64,000 nucleotides of DNA from Octopus vulgaris (GCA_951406725.2 OX597828.1:3038001-3102000), one strand, 5' to 3'; counted from the stretch's first letter, positions 1 through 13,454 are shown. The notes: generated by a model not told the origin, from the sequence alone. Translations and numbers: made by a program.

Positions 1-690
1 CGATATAGTGAGATAAATGAGGAGGGTGTAAGTCTGGAGTTTTGTGACGCAACTGATCTTACAATTTGCAACACACACTTTAAGAAACAAGCAAACCACC
101 TCATCACCTATCGATCTGGCATGCACACAGGCCAGATTGTTTACATTCTCACCAAGAAACGGCGACAAGAGCTATTGAAAATGCCAGACCTTTCCGTGTA
201 GAGAATGCATTATACAACAAAAATTGGTCGCTAACAACTTCTGAGTCAAAGCTAGACAGACGCATGAATGAACGACGACACAGAGAAGAAAGATATGGAA
301 GAAAAATTGCACAGTTGGGAATATATTTAGAGAAGTTCTGACTGACGCATATAACTGTAGTGAGTTAGATTTTGATACCCGAGACTGGAGTAAAGTCCCG
401 ATCAAGCCAAAAGTTACACTGTGGAATGATAAGGTATGAGACATAAGCTTGGAAAATCTGGAGAGATGGTGGTAGTATGGAGCATTGCCAATGGCTTGAA
501 GGGCATCTAGGCTACATATATACTTGGCTGAGGATGAGGATGAGATTTGCGCATGTCCTGCAATGTGAAGTGTTCAGGACAGTTAGTGAGAACCGAAATG
601 TTATTGGTGAGAAGTGTATTCAGAGTGATGAAGGCATACTCAGCATCAATATGGAAGACAAGAAGCTGGCTTAGGAGTGTTATTATGCGA
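1..690 (+). mobile_element. Decayed RTE-clade LINE fragment (AP-endonuclease C-terminus and linker)
   Basis: Frame +1 from base 1 reads EEGVSLEFCDATDLTICNTHFKKQANHLITYRSGMHTGQIVYIL, matching the RTE APE motif NTxFKKxxxHLITYxSG..QIDYIL. Frameshifts and stops follow; the element is cut by the window edge. Confidence 0.75.
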
Positions 691-1699
691 GGTTGTATTA
701 TTTTGCATTATTTTTAATACTATCTTAATTCATCATCATCATCATCATCGTCTTCTCTTCTTCTAAGCGACGTAATCATACTGGTTTTATATCGTGCGTG
801 TGTCTAAACACAAATCAGTCTTTATCTGTTAGATAAGGGCAACAACAATCGCTGGATGTCATCATTTTGTACTATTGACATGAAGACCACAGCATCTCAC
901 GTCCGTAAGTTGTTAGATAGAAAGTGTTAAAGTAGATTTTCTTCCTTATGAATATAAAAGTATGGAACGAGGAGCAGCTGTAAAAGTACAAAAATATTCA
1001 TTCTATTTGAGGAATTAAAAAAAAAAAAATTCCAAAAATATGATGAATTGCTTGCAGTGATATATATAATTTATTGATCTGTCTTAGACTTATTTTTGCC
1101 GTTTCAGGATAATTCTAAACCCACAGAGGTAAAATATGTCAGCTTAAAATATATTTGAAAAAATCAATCTTTCTTGTCCTCTTATTTTTTGTATCTGTTT
1201 TCTTTGCTCGCAAACCCGAATATTTGTATGACTTATTAGAATGTATGTGGGTACACCTAGGCGACCAATGGATTAAAAGATAAAAGTGACATAGTTTTTA
1301 TTTAAAGTTCTTTTCTTCCACCACATAAATTGAATACCCAGAGGCTTGCGACTTTTCTTTCCTTTTAGAGATAATGCGATGAATGATTTTTTGAATCTTG
1401 AAACTAAGCTGAACGTATTTAGAATGACATTTTAACACGAGTCGTCAATCTACGTTATACATAGTAAAACAGGCGAGGAAATATAGAAAACTGTACTGAA
1501 TTAAGTAGCAACCGAGGAGTTTGGAAGATTATGAAGTTGAGATAAAACCTATCCCTACAATAATAGAATAGCTGTCGTTGCTTAGCTCCAGGTCAAACTG
1601 ATTGAGCAAATGTACAATCAAAGATTTGCTTAATCAGTGTTGTATAATCAAAGATATTCCAGAAATTACTACCCCTGATTTTAGGTGTTTCTTTATTTT

Positions 1700-1891
1700 T
1701 TATCTTTTACTTGTTTTAGTCGTCAGACTGCGGCCATGCTGGGGCACCGTCTCGAAGAATTTTTAGTTGAATGAATCAATCCCAGTACTTATTTATTTTT
1801 GAGCCTGGTACTTATTTTAGCGGCCCTTTGCTGAACCGCTAAGTTACGGGGACGTAAACACCCCAACAAGCGCTGGTGGGGAACACACACG

Positions 1892-1934
<43 letters not shown>

Positions 1935-2072
1935 CGAGCGTTTAGTTTCCATCTACCAAATCCACTCACAAGGCTTTAGGTTATATTACAAGACACTTGC
2001 CCAAGGTGTCAGCAGTTTGACTGAACCTGGAACCATGTGGTTGGGAAACAGTCTTCTTACTACTCAACCCCA
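1700..2072 (-). mobile_element. tRNA-derived SINE family A (CORE-like, internal microsatellite)
   Basis: Reverse complement of the family-A copy at 28501-28915, with internal (CA)n. Confidence 0.8.
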
Positions 2073-2476
2073 CTAGCATGGAGACAATATCATTCAATGT
2101 TTCCGCCGTTCTGTAGAAAGGCAACAATAATGTTGGCTGAGCCTACATATGCTTTCATCACTGCTGTACATGGCTGAGGTTAATGATGCAGATTTGAGCT
2201 TAGCAGACTCATGAAACACTCGGCAAACATGCAGCGCCTGCATCTCAGCAATGAACTGGATATCTTGGTGACAATCTATTTTTAATTGAGACCAATGTGA
2301 GTTAATGCATTAGTCAGAGACGAGTACAATTCATCTACTGGAAAGATATTCTATCGTCTTAGTCAAAATATTTTTTTATTTGTGGAGTGAAATATAGTTG
2401 TAGTCCATGGTGGGAAACTCAAAGCAATGCTGCCAAATAATACATCTTCGACCAATGAACTTATCCCCAGCTCCTT

Positions 2477-3099
2477 GCTATTAACAAAGCATGCGGAGTT
2501 CTGTTTTTGATTCGACGGTCATTCGGAATGCTCACAGCAGCCATATTCCTACCGCTCTATGTCACGCTGGTGAGACCCATATTGGAGTACGGGATTCAAG
2601 CCTCTTCTCCTTATCTCCTCAAAGACATACATCATCTCGAAAGAGTCCAGAAGCTGGCTACCCGCATGGTTCTTGGTCTTAAGCATTTGTCTTATGAAGA
2701 AAGGCTGAAGACGCTCAACCTTTATTCTCTAGAAAAACGTTGACGCCGTGGTGATCTCATTCTCGCTCACAACATCATGAGCGGAAAGTGTAACCTCTCG
2801 AAAGAGCTGTTCTTCACTCCTGCTCCAGAGCGTTGGCTGCGAGGTCACTCCGAAAAGCTCTATCTGCGACGATTTCATCTCAATCGAAGGAAAGAGGCTT
2901 TCTCCGTCCGGGTTGTGGATCTGTGGAATAAGCTGCCGGACGAGATAGTGAAGATGCCGACGACCGCTCGGTTCAAAGTCTCTCTTGACCAGAAATGGCC
3001 TGAACTCTTTGCATGAACACCCTCCCTGTACATAACTACATGACCTTGCTTTTTGCTTTTTGAGCCAAAAAATTAACTTAACTTAACTTAAACTTAACT
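2477..3099 (+). mobile_element. 5'-truncated CR1-group LINE 3' end with (AACTT)n tail
   Basis: ORFs 2507-2743 and 2777-3016 read LYVTLVRPILEYG...LERVQKLATRMV.GLKHLSYEERLKTLNLYSLEKR*RRGDLI...FSVRVVDLWNKLP, the CR1 post-RT region, with one in-frame stop. Tandem AACTT tail at 3074-3099. Confidence 0.88.
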
Positions 3100-3134
3100 C
3101 GTTTATATACTGAATATGTTTACGAATGAACAGC

Positions 3135-3370
3135 GGAAGTGTGTGGTCTAGCGGTCAGGGATGTTGCACTTCTAACCGTAAGATTGTGGCTTCTGTTTCT
3201 GGACCGAGCGATGCGTTGTGTCCTTGAGCAAAACACTTCATTTCACATTGTCTCAGTCTACTCGTCTGGCAAAAATGAGTAATCTTGAGACGGAACGGCC
3301 TCCCGACCAGTGGAGAAATTTATACGCCGCAAAATCCGGGAAACCAGCTTTGTGAGCTTGGGCGGAACCT
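3135..3370 (+). mobile_element. tRNA-derived SINE family C (decayed)
   Basis: tRNA-like head followed by GTTGTGTCCTTGAGCAAAACACTT, shared with 4977-5315. Confidence 0.6.
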
Positions 3371-4505
3371 TTGATTTTCTTTTCTAATATATCGAGTATG
3401 TTTACATTTTGGATATGTTTATATATCGGATATACTTATATATATATATATCGAACATGTTATAGCAGAGTTCTGGTAAAGCCTCACGTTTGTCTCTTCT
3501 ACAAAACAAAATCTAGGATCGGGATTTACAGATTTTTATTACCAAGATATCTCAGGCATGCACATTGATATTTCGTAAGGGCGCATTAGTTAAAAAATAA
3601 GGCGTGGCTATGTGGTAAGAAGTTTGCTTCTGTAATCCGTCGCTGCACAATCAACCATCAGAATTACATTACATTTCTTCCAATATTTAATTTTAGTGAT
3701 GAAAACCTAACCAGCAACTACGAACAATTCTCTTCAACAGCCTTAAATCAAATTTTACGGAATAATTTCCAATATTTTAGAAATAACCCAATGTTCTATA
3801 ATAAGACAGTGCGTTGGCAGTAATTATGATATTAGTAGAATGTCTCGCAGTATTTGCATTGGGTCTTTATTCTTTCAGTTCAAATCTGTCGCAGTCATCT
3901 TTACATTTCATCCTTTCATGGTCAATAGATAAAATACCAGTCAGATACTGAGGTTTATTCTTGCTCATTCTCCCAGAATAGGCTACAGGCGGTTAGGTGA
4001 TGCCTTATATAAAAACACAAGAAGAAAGTTAATAGAAAACTCTATTCTCGCATGAAAACTGAGAGTCACTAATTTGTCATGGAAATCACCAAAAGTCATT
4101 CATCAATCTGATGGCGCAAACAAAGAAGGAAGCTTGCTGGCCTGGTGCCAAAATTTGAAACCAAAATTATATTTAAATAATTCTACTTGAGAGAGCTCAA
4201 TGTGGTGGCTCAACTTGCTAGAAAGCCCAAACCTTTGACCCTCGAATCATACAATACCATCTTTAAAAAATGAAAAGGCACATTGGATAATGTAGTTCAA
4301 ATACTATATTTAAAAATAAGACTGGATGGTCGTGGCGAGAATGCATTTGATCACATTTCTTATTGATCAGATTAAAAGGATTCTTTTTGCTGCGAAATGT
4401 ATTACGGAAACCCAGGTTAATATAAAGTTATGTTCATACTATATATATATATATTAATATTGCATACATAGGAATATAGCAGAGGCAGTAAAAAAAGTGA
4501 ATAAG

Positions 4506-4645
4506 ACTGGCTGTGTGGTAAGAAGCTTGCTTCTCAACCACGTGGTCCCGGTTTAGTCCTACAGTGTGGCACCATGGGCAAGTGTCTTCAACTACAGCCT
4601 CGGGCCAACCAAAGCCTTGGTAGACGGAAACTGAAAGAAGCCTGT
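4506..4645 (+). mobile_element. SINE family A, 5' half
   Basis: TGGCTGTGTGGTAAGAAGCTTGCTT...GGGCAAGTGTCTTC...GACGGAAACTGAAAGAAGCC, ending in (TG)n(TA)n. Confidence 0.8.
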
Positions 4646-4714
<69 letters not shown>

Positions 4715-4766
4715 GTGTTTGGATTTGGTTTGCAAGATTCGTTATGTGCGTTCGTGTGTTGAAGCA

Positions 4767-4965
4767 TATTCTGTTGTGTCTGGGGAGAGTCATTTTGTTT
4801 TTGTGGTTTATAATTTATAATTTAGTCAAGACTATTGAAAAGGTTGCAAGACGCAACGAAAATTTTAGGAAAATAGAAATAAGAAATAAGTGGAAATTTT
4901 ACCGGTGAGTGTGTTACATTATAAGGCACAAAAAGAAAATGACTCTCCCCAGACACAACAGAATA
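4767..4965. repeat. Inverted repeat with 48-bp arms (4767-4814 and 4918-4965)
   Basis: TATTCTGTTGTGTCTGGGGAGAGTCATTTT... recurs as its reverse complement with a few mismatches. Confidence 0.85.
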
Positions 4966-4976
4966 CACACACACGA

Positions 4977-5315
4977 AGGCACATGGATCAGTGGTTAGAG
5001 CATCGGGCTCACAATCATGAGATTAGTGAGTTCGATTCCCAGACCAGGCTGCGTGTTGTGTTCTTGAGCAAGACACTTTATTTCATGTTGCTCCAGTTAA
5101 CTCTGCTGTAGAAATGAGTTGCGTCGTCACTGGTTCCAAGCTGTATCGGCCCCTTTGCCTTTCCCTTGGATAACATCAGTGACGTGGAGAGGGGTGACCG
5201 GTGTGCATGGGCGACTGCTGGTCTTCCATAAACCTTACCCGGACTTGTGCCTCGGAGGGGATCTTTTTAGGTGCAATGCCATGGTCATTTATGACCGAAG
5301 TGGGGTCTTTACTCT
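4977..5315 (+). mobile_element. tRNA-derived SINE family C
   Basis: A-box-like TGGATCAGTGG and B-box-like GAGTTCGATTCC, then GTTGTGTTCTTGAGCAAGACACTT. Confidence 0.75.
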
Positions 5316-5534
5316 TTTATATGTATATATATACATAAAAGGGTAAAGACCGGTGCTGGTGTATTTTCGCCCCATATTGCAGTGTGATAGAATAAATACC
5401 AGACTAAAAAATGAAACAAGTACTCGGGTTTTATTCATTCGACTAAAATTCTTCAAGGCAGTGCCCCAGGATGGCCGCAGTTTAATGACTGAAACAAGTG
5501 AAAAATAAAAGATGTAAGGAGAGATAGAAAATAA

Positions 5535-6125
5535 TTTTTTCTACTCTAGGCACAAAGCCCGAAATTTTTGGGAAGGGTCCAGTCGATTAGAGCGACTGGT
5601 ACTTAATTTATCGACCTCGAAAAGATGAAAGCCAAGGTCAACCTCGGCGGAATTTGAACTCAGAACATAAAGACAGGCGAGCTGACGTTTCTGCCATTTC
5701 GCCGCCTTAGAGAGAGAAAATGATTAAATTTTATGATAACGGATTTACAAACTGAAACCACAAAATTTATTGAAAGCTACATGCTTTTCAAGGTAAGTAA
5801 CTCCATTTTATCATATCAGAGTGCTTTCCCCTATATAGCAGCATTTTTCCCTGCAAATAGCCGAAAATTTCGTTGTTTATACTCGAAGGCGGCAAACTGG
5901 AGGGAAGTGTAGAACTGCAGGAGAAAATTGCAGTCGAGTATTTCTACTTGCTCTTTACTTCCTGAGTTCAAATCCCTCAGCGGTCAACTTTACTTTCATC
6001 TTTTTGGGTTTGATCAAATATAGTATCGGTCAAGAATTGGAGTCGAGGGTGTCTTTCATCTTTTCGGGGTCGATAAATTTAGGCCTTTGCAAAAATTTAG
6101 GCCTTGTGCCTATAATAGAAAGGAA
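5535..6125. mobile_element. Two SINE family B copies (about 5535-5708 minus, 5887-6125 plus)
   Basis: Central block GAGTTCAAAT...TTTCATCYTTTYGGGGTCGATAAA, resembling the Deu/Nin SINE domain, present in both orientations. Confidence 0.7.
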
Positions 6126-6321
6126 TATCACTGAATTAATTAAATTAACGTTTGAAAATTATTAGTTACAATCTGTAAATTATAATTAATGATTATTATT
6201 TTCTTCTGATTAATATTTGGCAGACGTAACACAGTGAGTCAAGCGCCGAGGGTTTCATGCGTTATCACTTATTAAACTAGTTACATATCAAGGGGTTATA
6301 AATTATTAGTTATAATTATTA

Positions 6322-7665
6322 TGTTTCTTTATTAGCCACACAGGGCTGCACACAGACGGGACAGATTACAAAGTAGAGCTTTTCTTTTTTGGGGAGAGAA
6401 AAAAAAAGTGGGGTAGGTTTTCGATCAAAAGGGATTGTAAAAGGGAAAGAAGAAAAAGAAAAAAAATTATCAATCGTGTATCACAGTGTCATGATGTAAA
6501 GTGTAAAGAGGGAAGCAGATAAGGTTTATCCGTGGAAAAAAAAGCCTATGGAAAAGACCACGATAACCTCGGTCAATAGTGTTACATGCTACCACATTTG
6601 TTTGCAAGTAGGTAACCCTCTGTTTTAAATTTTCTGGGTTCATAGGATTATGCTCAAGGTGGCTTCGTCATTCATACGTGCCATCCTTGCTACATTCACC
6701 CATCTTTTTTGAAACATTCGCTAGACAAAACTTGCCTCTCTACTCTCACTTTCCTTTTCAAGTGATACTTGAAGAAGTTGATGAGAGATTGACCAATCCT
6801 TTCAGACGCGTCCACCAGATACATTCTTTCGCCATAGACACAAGGATGATGAAAATAGCTCTTCCTTCCCGTTTGAAGGAAGGAGGCGTGACAATATTGA
6901 CGATAGACTCGGCTGATAAACCGACTCGTCCCACACGTGACAGCAGTTGTTCGACATAAGCCCACAGGTCGGAAATTGTTGGACACTGCACGAGTTCGTG
7001 CAGAACGGTTTCGTCGCTCTGACCGCATCTCGGGCAGGTCGGCCCCGTGTTTCTCGAGCCGTGTTTGTAGAGCTTATCCCGAACGGGAAGCGCTTCTCGA
7101 TAGCACTGCCAGGCCAGGGATCTCTGGAAGTTGTCCATGGGCCCAGGCCCGAAAGTCGTTCTGAACAGGCGGGTCAGGTATTCCTCGTCGACGTCCAGGT
7201 TCGCCCCGAGCTCGTCATCGTACCACCCCTCCACTAATCCCCTATAGACTGCTTTGGTTGTGTTGAAGTCACTCAAGGTCGACCCGGGACGGCATAGTTG
7301 TTTGAGAGCAACGCGACAATCGCGGTGCCATTCGCCCTTTCTCGGCCTCTTTTTGATCCACAACTGCAGTTCGGTCATGGAGACGAGTTGCGGGAAGCGT
7401 GCCTCACAAACGGCGACCACACCTGTTCACCGTCGTCTACGTAGAGCCTGAGATGTCGCAGTCTCAGCGCGTGTCTGCGCATCATCAACCACGGCATGCC
7501 CAGTCTTCCTCTTAACGGGTGTTGACAGCAAATGGATCGCCTGACCATCGGGACGCATCCTTTCCACAAGAAGCGAAAGAGAATGCGTTCTAGTTTGGTG
7601 ATGGTAGGGTCGGGACAAGGCACGACGGTCAGGCGGTAGTAGATGACTGACGCGCACATTTGATA
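6322..7665 (-). mobile_element. Tx1/L1-clade LINE, 5'-truncated (post-RT region, zf-RVT zinc knuckle, 3'UTR)
   Basis: ORFs 7375-7734, 6758-7420 and 6696-7028 give frameshifted ERILFRFLWKG...WQCYREALPVRDKL...CPRCGQSDETVLH...QCP...FFKYHLKRKVRVER. AATAAAGAAACA and a TAA-rich tail lie at the left end. Confidence 0.88.
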
Positions 7666-7993
7666 AAGGTAGTTATCGATCCGAGTGCAATATTTTGTGA
7701 TGTTATAATTATGTGAAATGCTTTGATACATCAAAGGAATTCATAAAACCAGTTCTGATCTAATCTCCGGATTATTTAGTATTTCGTGGAGAGATGATTC
7801 TAGATTTTACCTGGAGTGAACGCTAGTCGTCTGCAAGCGATGCCCCCAAATATTGGACCCTTATTCCTTGAAATCTATGAAATTGAAACATGTAATTGTT
7901 TAGCCCCGGGTCAGTCCTTATCGAGTAGACCTGCAATTAAAGGCATTTCACTCTTGATCATCCCCACTTTTTGTATGTAAATCAGGAGAACTA

Positions 7994-8569
7994 TTAGGTC
8001 GTCAAGTATGAAATTTGTAGAAAAGAAGAAATGTTTGCGAATGTTTTATAAATACGAAGAGTTTTATTCATCAAAGTATGCACCCATATTGTCAATACGA
8101 TTTCAACTAAGAGAGTCAATATTGCTTGCTTGCTAACACCAAGCAACAACAATAATTCACGGGCACTCTGAGATGGATCTGACTCGACGGTGGCTTTCAG
8201 TTCGTCATTATCCACCTTTGTTTCTGGCCGACCGCGTTGCTCATTTTTGAGGTCAAAATTACCAGAACGAAATTTTGCAAACCAGTTTCATACTCCAATA
8301 ATATTTCGAGCTGTCTGTGATACTGTATTTCCAAGAAAGAACTCATATTTCAAAACTGTACGAATTTCCGACTTACCCATCTCTAAACAAAAACAGCAAA
8401 AAACGATTTATAAATATTTTATAAAGCACAAAATGAGATAGAATAAAGAAATAGATGTGTGAGTTTCTAACAAAATATAAAGATTGTCAAAATATAATAA
8501 GGGCACAAAATGAGCAGCTGTCAAAGTTTACCATATAGCTTACTACAAATTTCATACTTGACGACCTAA
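7994..8569 (-). mobile_element. Internally deleted mariner element with perfect 27-bp TIRs and TA target duplication
   Basis: TA|TTAGGTCGTCAAGTATGAAATTTGTAG (7992-8020) is the exact reverse complement of 8543-8571. Internal minus-strand GRP...DNDELKATVESDPSQSARELLLLLGVSK is a mariner HTH region. Confidence 0.92.
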
Positions 8570-8765
8570 TATTTAATCAAATGTATTCTTCTTATTTTAG
8601 ATAACGGGGGTTGAGGGAGATTTAGTTGCTATTTCTAGTCTCGAGCGACAGTGTAGAGGTTCTGTCACTGTGTTTTAATTGAAATATGTAGAATCACGTT
8701 GTACAAAGACGCTATTGAACAGCATTAAGTCATCACCTACAACTTAATAATTCAATACCTTATGT

Positions 8766-9031
8766 CAGCAATTTACAACTTGGGCTTCACGTCCCTTTGG
8801 GTGCCCCACAAAAGTAGCCCTGGGATCCGTGAACTGCCTTAAAGAATTCAATAGTTTGCAGTTTAACATATAGTTATTCAGTAACATTTTTTTACTAGTT
8901 GAAAGATGAAACTGGGAAAATGAGTTTGTTATTAGTTAATAAAATCGGACAAACCTTTCAAAGCTTGGGGACCGTGGGAAATTCATTTAAATAAGAGGAG
9001 TTATTAATAGTGGAAACACTAGGAACTACTG
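8766..9031. mobile_element. hAT (Charlie-like) MITE, old
   Basis: Ends CAGCAATTTACAAC and GGAACTACTG. 8-bp flanks CCTTATGT and CTCTATGT match at 6/8. Confidence 0.55.
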
Positions 9032-10005
9032 CTCTATGTGCTATATTAGGGTAAAGTGTAAAGGGTATGTCTAGTATTCTCCTTGTCTATCCCCTCTCTC
9101 TCTCACTTTAATACCCAGCAGTATCATATTTGTCAAGGAACGCGCTAACAAAAAGAAAAAAAAAATTGAATAAGCAAAGTATATAGCTAGGTACAAGGCT
9201 ACTTGTATTGGAAGGAATAATCAATTTGAGTCGATCTCACTTCTTGATAGGTTCTTTATTTTCGAAAACTCCGGAATGGCCAGAAAACAATGTCAACTTT
9301 TTCCTTCGTGTGTCTATGGATCAGCCATCAATATTCTTGAAACATTGCAATCAACTTCTGCTGGGAGGGATGGATTTCTAGAGGGTCAACGTTCTGGGAA
9401 CGAAGGACTTGGCATAGTGATAGTGTGAGGCCAGGGGTAGGGGATTGGATTCAACAAGGGTGATGAGAGGAGAAGAGATAAGTGAGTTAGAAATGAGTGA
9501 GCTGAGATGTCATGAGCTAAGCCAGTTCCAAGGAACGGACGCCGTTGAAGTAGCAACAGGAAAGTGGGAGGGAGAGGATAGGTGCTAGTGGGCCGGAGGC
9601 TGGAACGTGACTATAAGTGACTTTATGTCTTTCAGCAGGATTTGAACCTTCTGGTTTCAAGTACCGCTGACACCAACTTTACAAAATTGTTTGGCTGAGA
9701 ATAAAGGACATAATTTTTTATCTCCTCATTCTTTCTTGTGTGGTAGACAGACTTCATGACCCAGTTTAACTTCTGGTTTGTAGGCGCTCTTATCGAAGCT
9801 TACAATGTGTTGCTTGCATTTTGGATCAAGTCTCCGGTTTAAAGATACCCCCGTGCTGTTTATTTTGTTACCACCAACCTCGGAAACGGTGGAAAAGTTG
9901 AAGAACGTCCTCCTTCTGCATCTGACAAAACCGTAAAGAAAGTTCTAGTTTCAAGCAAGTACGAAAGACTACGGCTTCACATTGTTCAACTGGACACAAT
10001 GCCCG

Positions 10006-10128
10006 GGGAAGAAGAAGTAGAAGAAGAAGTAGAAGAAGAAGAAGAAGAAGAAGAAGAAGAAGAAGAAGAAGAAGAAGAAGAAGAAGAAGAAGAAGAAGAA
10101 GAAGAAGAAGAAGAAGAAGAAGAAGAAG
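10006..10128. repeat. (GAA)n microsatellite
   Basis: Direct reading. Confidence 0.97.
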
Positions 10129-10426
10129 AGTGAGGAAGGTAAAAAGGTGAAGAAGGTGGAGGAGGAGGAGGACAACACCAGATGAAACGACTTCATGATA
10201 AAATTTGTATTCCGTGTGACTCAGTGTTTCAACAAATAAAAAAACAACAACCTAAGAGATAACTGAATAGAAAAAAAAGAGAGTAAATCAAAATAATTTA
10301 CTTTACCAAATTATTCAGAATTAATGAAATTAAATCAAACCTTATTAACTAAATTATTCAGAAATGTCAACGAAACGAAAAGGAGAAAAAAATAAACGGA
10401 AATCTAAAACAGGAATTTTGACTGAG

Positions 10427-10502
<76 letters not shown>

Positions 10503-10628
10503 CGCACAAAAAATGAATATATATTCACAAATACATACACACATAATACATAAATACATACATACATACATACATACATACATACATACATACATACATG
10601 ATACATACATACATACATAGATATATGC

Positions 10629-10678
<50 letters not shown>

Positions 10679-11040
10679 CCGTAAGAGTTCGAGGTTGGGA
10701 AGCCAACCAACTAAGGAGTTAAGGAGTAGTACCTATCCAATATACTGCTGGTAGTGTGCCCAATTATTAATACCCAAGTGCTGGTTATTGCGTGGCAATT
10801 TCGCAATCGTGTGTCATATATGATGTGCGGGGGTAAAAAGCGGTTTACCCTTAATTTATACGGCAAAAAGAAAATGGAGGAGATACAAAAATGACTTACA
10901 TCAGCCGGTAGACATTCTATTATGTCTATTTATTCCAAAATAAAAGGGAGCATTATAAGAGTACATACACATGCAAAGACTGTGTACTACATAAATATGT
11001 ACTAGTAGTACATAAAAGAGGAAAAGATTAAAAGATCAGT

Positions 11041-11165
11041 TCCTTACGGCCGTTTCTGCCAAGAGGCTACGATATCTTCCATGCTAGCTCCAACTCTTCA
11101 GTGTTCTGTAGTGATGAGTAGATAGAGTTTGGATGTTGAGTGTGCCTCTAGGCTTCATCAGAGGG
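11041..11165 (-). ncRNA. Type I hammerhead ribozyme motif with a long stem II insertion, in a Penelope-like terminal repeat
   Basis: Minus strand: CCU-CUGAUGA-AGCCUAGAGGC...GCCUCUUGGCA-GAAA-CGGCCG-UA-AGG. Stem III is the palindrome ACGGCCGU. Confidence 0.75.
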
Positions 11166-11657
11166 TCTAAATGGTTAGGAGAGCCGATACGCACAAGAGT
11201 CAGTTACTAATAGGTACAGTATATATTTCTTATTGAAGACGGCATAAGAAGAATAGGAGCAAGACTTAAGTGTGTGAGAGGAGTAAAATTTAATAAAGAA
11301 GTTTAGGTATAAGAAGGAGAAATAAGTCATAGACTTCAAGTGTTTCCTTCCAAGATTCATGTTATTTTGTCCGGTGATGGATAAGTAGGTATATTCGTTC
11401 TAAGGATGAGTTTTTTTTAGGAAGGGTGAATTTAGGCAGTGGTTCTTATTTTGTTTACATATAAATACACGTTATGTTTGTGTTTACAGTGGTAGGTTTG
11501 AAAGTATGGTCTGTGTTTCAGAGGAGGATGTCAGTTGGCACTAAAAAGAGCATGGCATCATGTGGTGACCAAAGTACGGTGTCCGTATTCGTTATTTTTT
11601 CGATCAACAAGTCCCTGAATCCTTGTGTGCAATGGTCAGTCCTGCAACCTACTTGGT

Positions 11658-12160
11658 CAGCTATTTTTTTGAGAATATGATAGAAGCCATTGCCACTCAT
11701 AATAAAAAGGAATACTGGTGGAGTGTACCAGTGAAGACCTCAATAAAATATAAGCACAAGAGACCTGATATGATGATTTGGAATAGAGAAGAGAAACTGT
11801 GCACAGTTGTGGAAATTAGCTGCCCAGCGGATGTTAACATAAAGCTGAAGATCAGTGAAAAAGAGAACACCTATGCTGAACTATTGAGAAATCTGCAGTT
11901 ACTCCATCCAGATTACAAGTTTATATCTGTAATTATTAGGGTCCTGGGATTTGTAACACACTGCCTAAATACCAATCTTGAGAAATTAGGCTTCTCAAAA
12001 CCAGAAAGGAGAAAGCTAATTCGAAGACTACAGATCCAATCCATCACCGGAACTGTAAAAGTCTGTAAAACTTTCCAGAATTTTATCATTTAAATATATA
12101 TGAGTATGTCTAGATATGTAAGTATATGCATGAGAATACATACGTAAAACATACAAATTT
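11658..12160 (+). mobile_element. 3' end of a restriction-like-endonuclease LINE (Dong/R4-like), followed by (TACA)n
   Basis: ORF 11623-12093: YWWSVPVKT..KHKRPDMMIWNREEKLCTVVEISCP.D.NI..K..EKENTY...LQIQSITGTVKVCKTF*, the PD-(D/E)xK RLE domain. Confidence 0.82.
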
Positions 12161-13297
12161 GCACATACATACATACATACATACATACATACATACATAC
12201 ATACATACATACATACATACATACATACATACATACATACATACATACATAATGCTTGCATGCATGCATGCATAATACATACTTACATACATATTGATGT
12301 TGAAATTCAATGAAGGAGCCTTTGATCTAGGTTAAAAACCGGTTCTTTATTGGCAAGGAATCTTGGAATAAACCGAATAATGACATACAAACTGGTACAA
12401 GATGTAATAAATGGCATGCATCAAATATATTGACACTGTACACATTCACATATTAGGGGGTGGAGAAAGTAAATATGTTACTAAACGTACTCTAGTACTT
12501 GAAGATTAATACTGAAGGTGACAAAAAAACAGCTTCTATAGAGGAGAGGTAGTGATTGTATCTATATATATCTGTATATATATGCATTCCAAAACCGAGT
12601 TGCCGTTTTTGACGTATGGTGTATCAAAAGATTCAGTAAGCTTTTGGCTCCCAACTAAACTATGTTTTCATTCACTTATTTGCATTACAAAAATTTAAGA
12701 TTATCATTTTTTTTAGTCACCTGTCATAAACGACATCTTTTACCACCACCTCCACCACAACGTCGATGACGTCACATTTTTATGTGTTCGCGCGTTGCGT
12801 ATGTTAGGCCGATGACTGACAAGTATATGTGTGTGACGGTGTTTTTGTCTGTCAGTATACATACATATTTTGTGACGACTCACACACACATACACACACA
12901 CACACTTACACACACACACACTCACATCTAAAGACACAGACAGACACACACAAGGACAGAGATAGGTTTGAGGTGTGCGTTAATGTATGTCTGTGTGTGT
13001 GTGTGTGTGTCTTAGTTTATGTATGTGACTCCCCGCCCGCCCAACAGTGAACGCGCTGATATTGAAAGCTACAACAACGAGGTTTCATTAGAAAGTGAAA
13101 ATAGTTTCACACTTTACATTTCAACCAAAATTACAGTGTTCGATTACGAGACTGATGATGTGTGAATGATGAAAGTAATGCTTCTCCAAATTAGTCAGGC
13201 CTAATAAAGAAACCGGTTTAGGCGATCTTTCGTTTTGACTTGCAGAGCTGTAATCTGCGTTCGTTAATTTTATTAAAAGAAATTTTTATTTATTTAC

Positions 13298-13454
13298 TTT
13301 TGTTTTAAAGTGAAAGAGAGCAGAAAATGAAAGATATATGTACGTGTATATGAAATGGACGTGTGCGTGAGAGAGAGAGGGAAGAGAGAGAGAGAGAAAG
13401 AGGAAGAGAGAGGGGAAGGAAGAAAAGTAGAGAGATAAGAAGAGAGAAAGAGAG

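Noticed and set aside
5734-5798. Short open frame ending in AAG|GTAAGT
   Set aside because: Only about 20 codons, no acceptor, and wedged between SINEs.
9740-10005. Possible zinc-knuckle transposase remnant (SHCSTGHNAR)
   Set aside because: Single weak motif with no supporting frame or termini.
12295-12390. Repeat (also 25508-25597 on the minus strand) with a hairpin and AAACCGG motif, possibly a hammerhead
   Set aside because: The 5' core reads CAATGAA and stem I cannot be formed. It is a dispersed repeat but too degenerate to call.
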